Source: Dicyema japonicum (lineage: Eukaryota > Animalia > Dicyemida). From it: a DNA stretch of 33,000 nucleotides. The translations under genes and the position numbers were made by a program. Below the pieces are notes generated by a model. The model saw only the letters and a program-made list of their open reading frames with translations. It was not told the origin of the DNA and made no database searches. Positions 32,951 to 33,000 of this stretch are shown here, in pieces. The stretch is taken from NCBI GenBank assembly GCA_011109175.1, contig RDEW01000004.1, positions 1,965,105 to 1,998,104 of the forward strand. The letters are read 5' to 3'. Numbering within the stretch: position 1 is the first letter of the stretch; each line of letters begins with the position of its first letter.

Positions 32951-33000
32951 ACATCAAGGTCATAAAGTACAAAGCAGACTGTTTTTCGGCGACGTAACAA

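Noticed and set aside
1-33000. Ciliate origin or reassigned stop codons (tiny introns, many in-frame stops)
   Set aside because: The long CRE ORF reads in the standard code and ends at TAA, the LAMP-like gene ends at TAA right after its sorting motif, and the stops co-occur with frameshifts and deletions.

Overview
AT-rich eukaryotic DNA, almost certainly animal, with extremely short (about 20-28 nt) spliceosomal introns. This architecture fits a highly reduced parasite such as a dicyemid mesozoan, but that identification is an inference. The window is mostly decayed transposons and damaged host genes. Mobile elements: (1) two near-identical, inverted, non-autonomous Buster/Charlie hAT elements with intact 8-bp TSDs; (2) a young 5'-truncated CRE-clade non-LTR retrotransposon (poly(A) plus TSD) inside a ~140-bp TGT...ACA inverted-repeat element; (3) a Jockey-like LINE, an R4/Dong-like RT, several older LINE remnants, and possible piggyBac and Penelope remnants. 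Host-derived sequence: (1) a disrupted 5' half of cohesin SMC3 joined tail-to-tail to a second, inverted SMC3 fragment; (2) a two-domain LAMP-like lysosomal membrane protein gene that the ORF track misses; (3) a GRP94/HSP90B1 pseudogene fragment; (4) two unidentified mini-intron genes. Many single-base frameshifts fall in homopolymers and may be long-read consensus errors. I cannot support any prokaryotic-type system (CRISPR, retron, etc.). All protein assignments are by-eye motif matches, not database searches.
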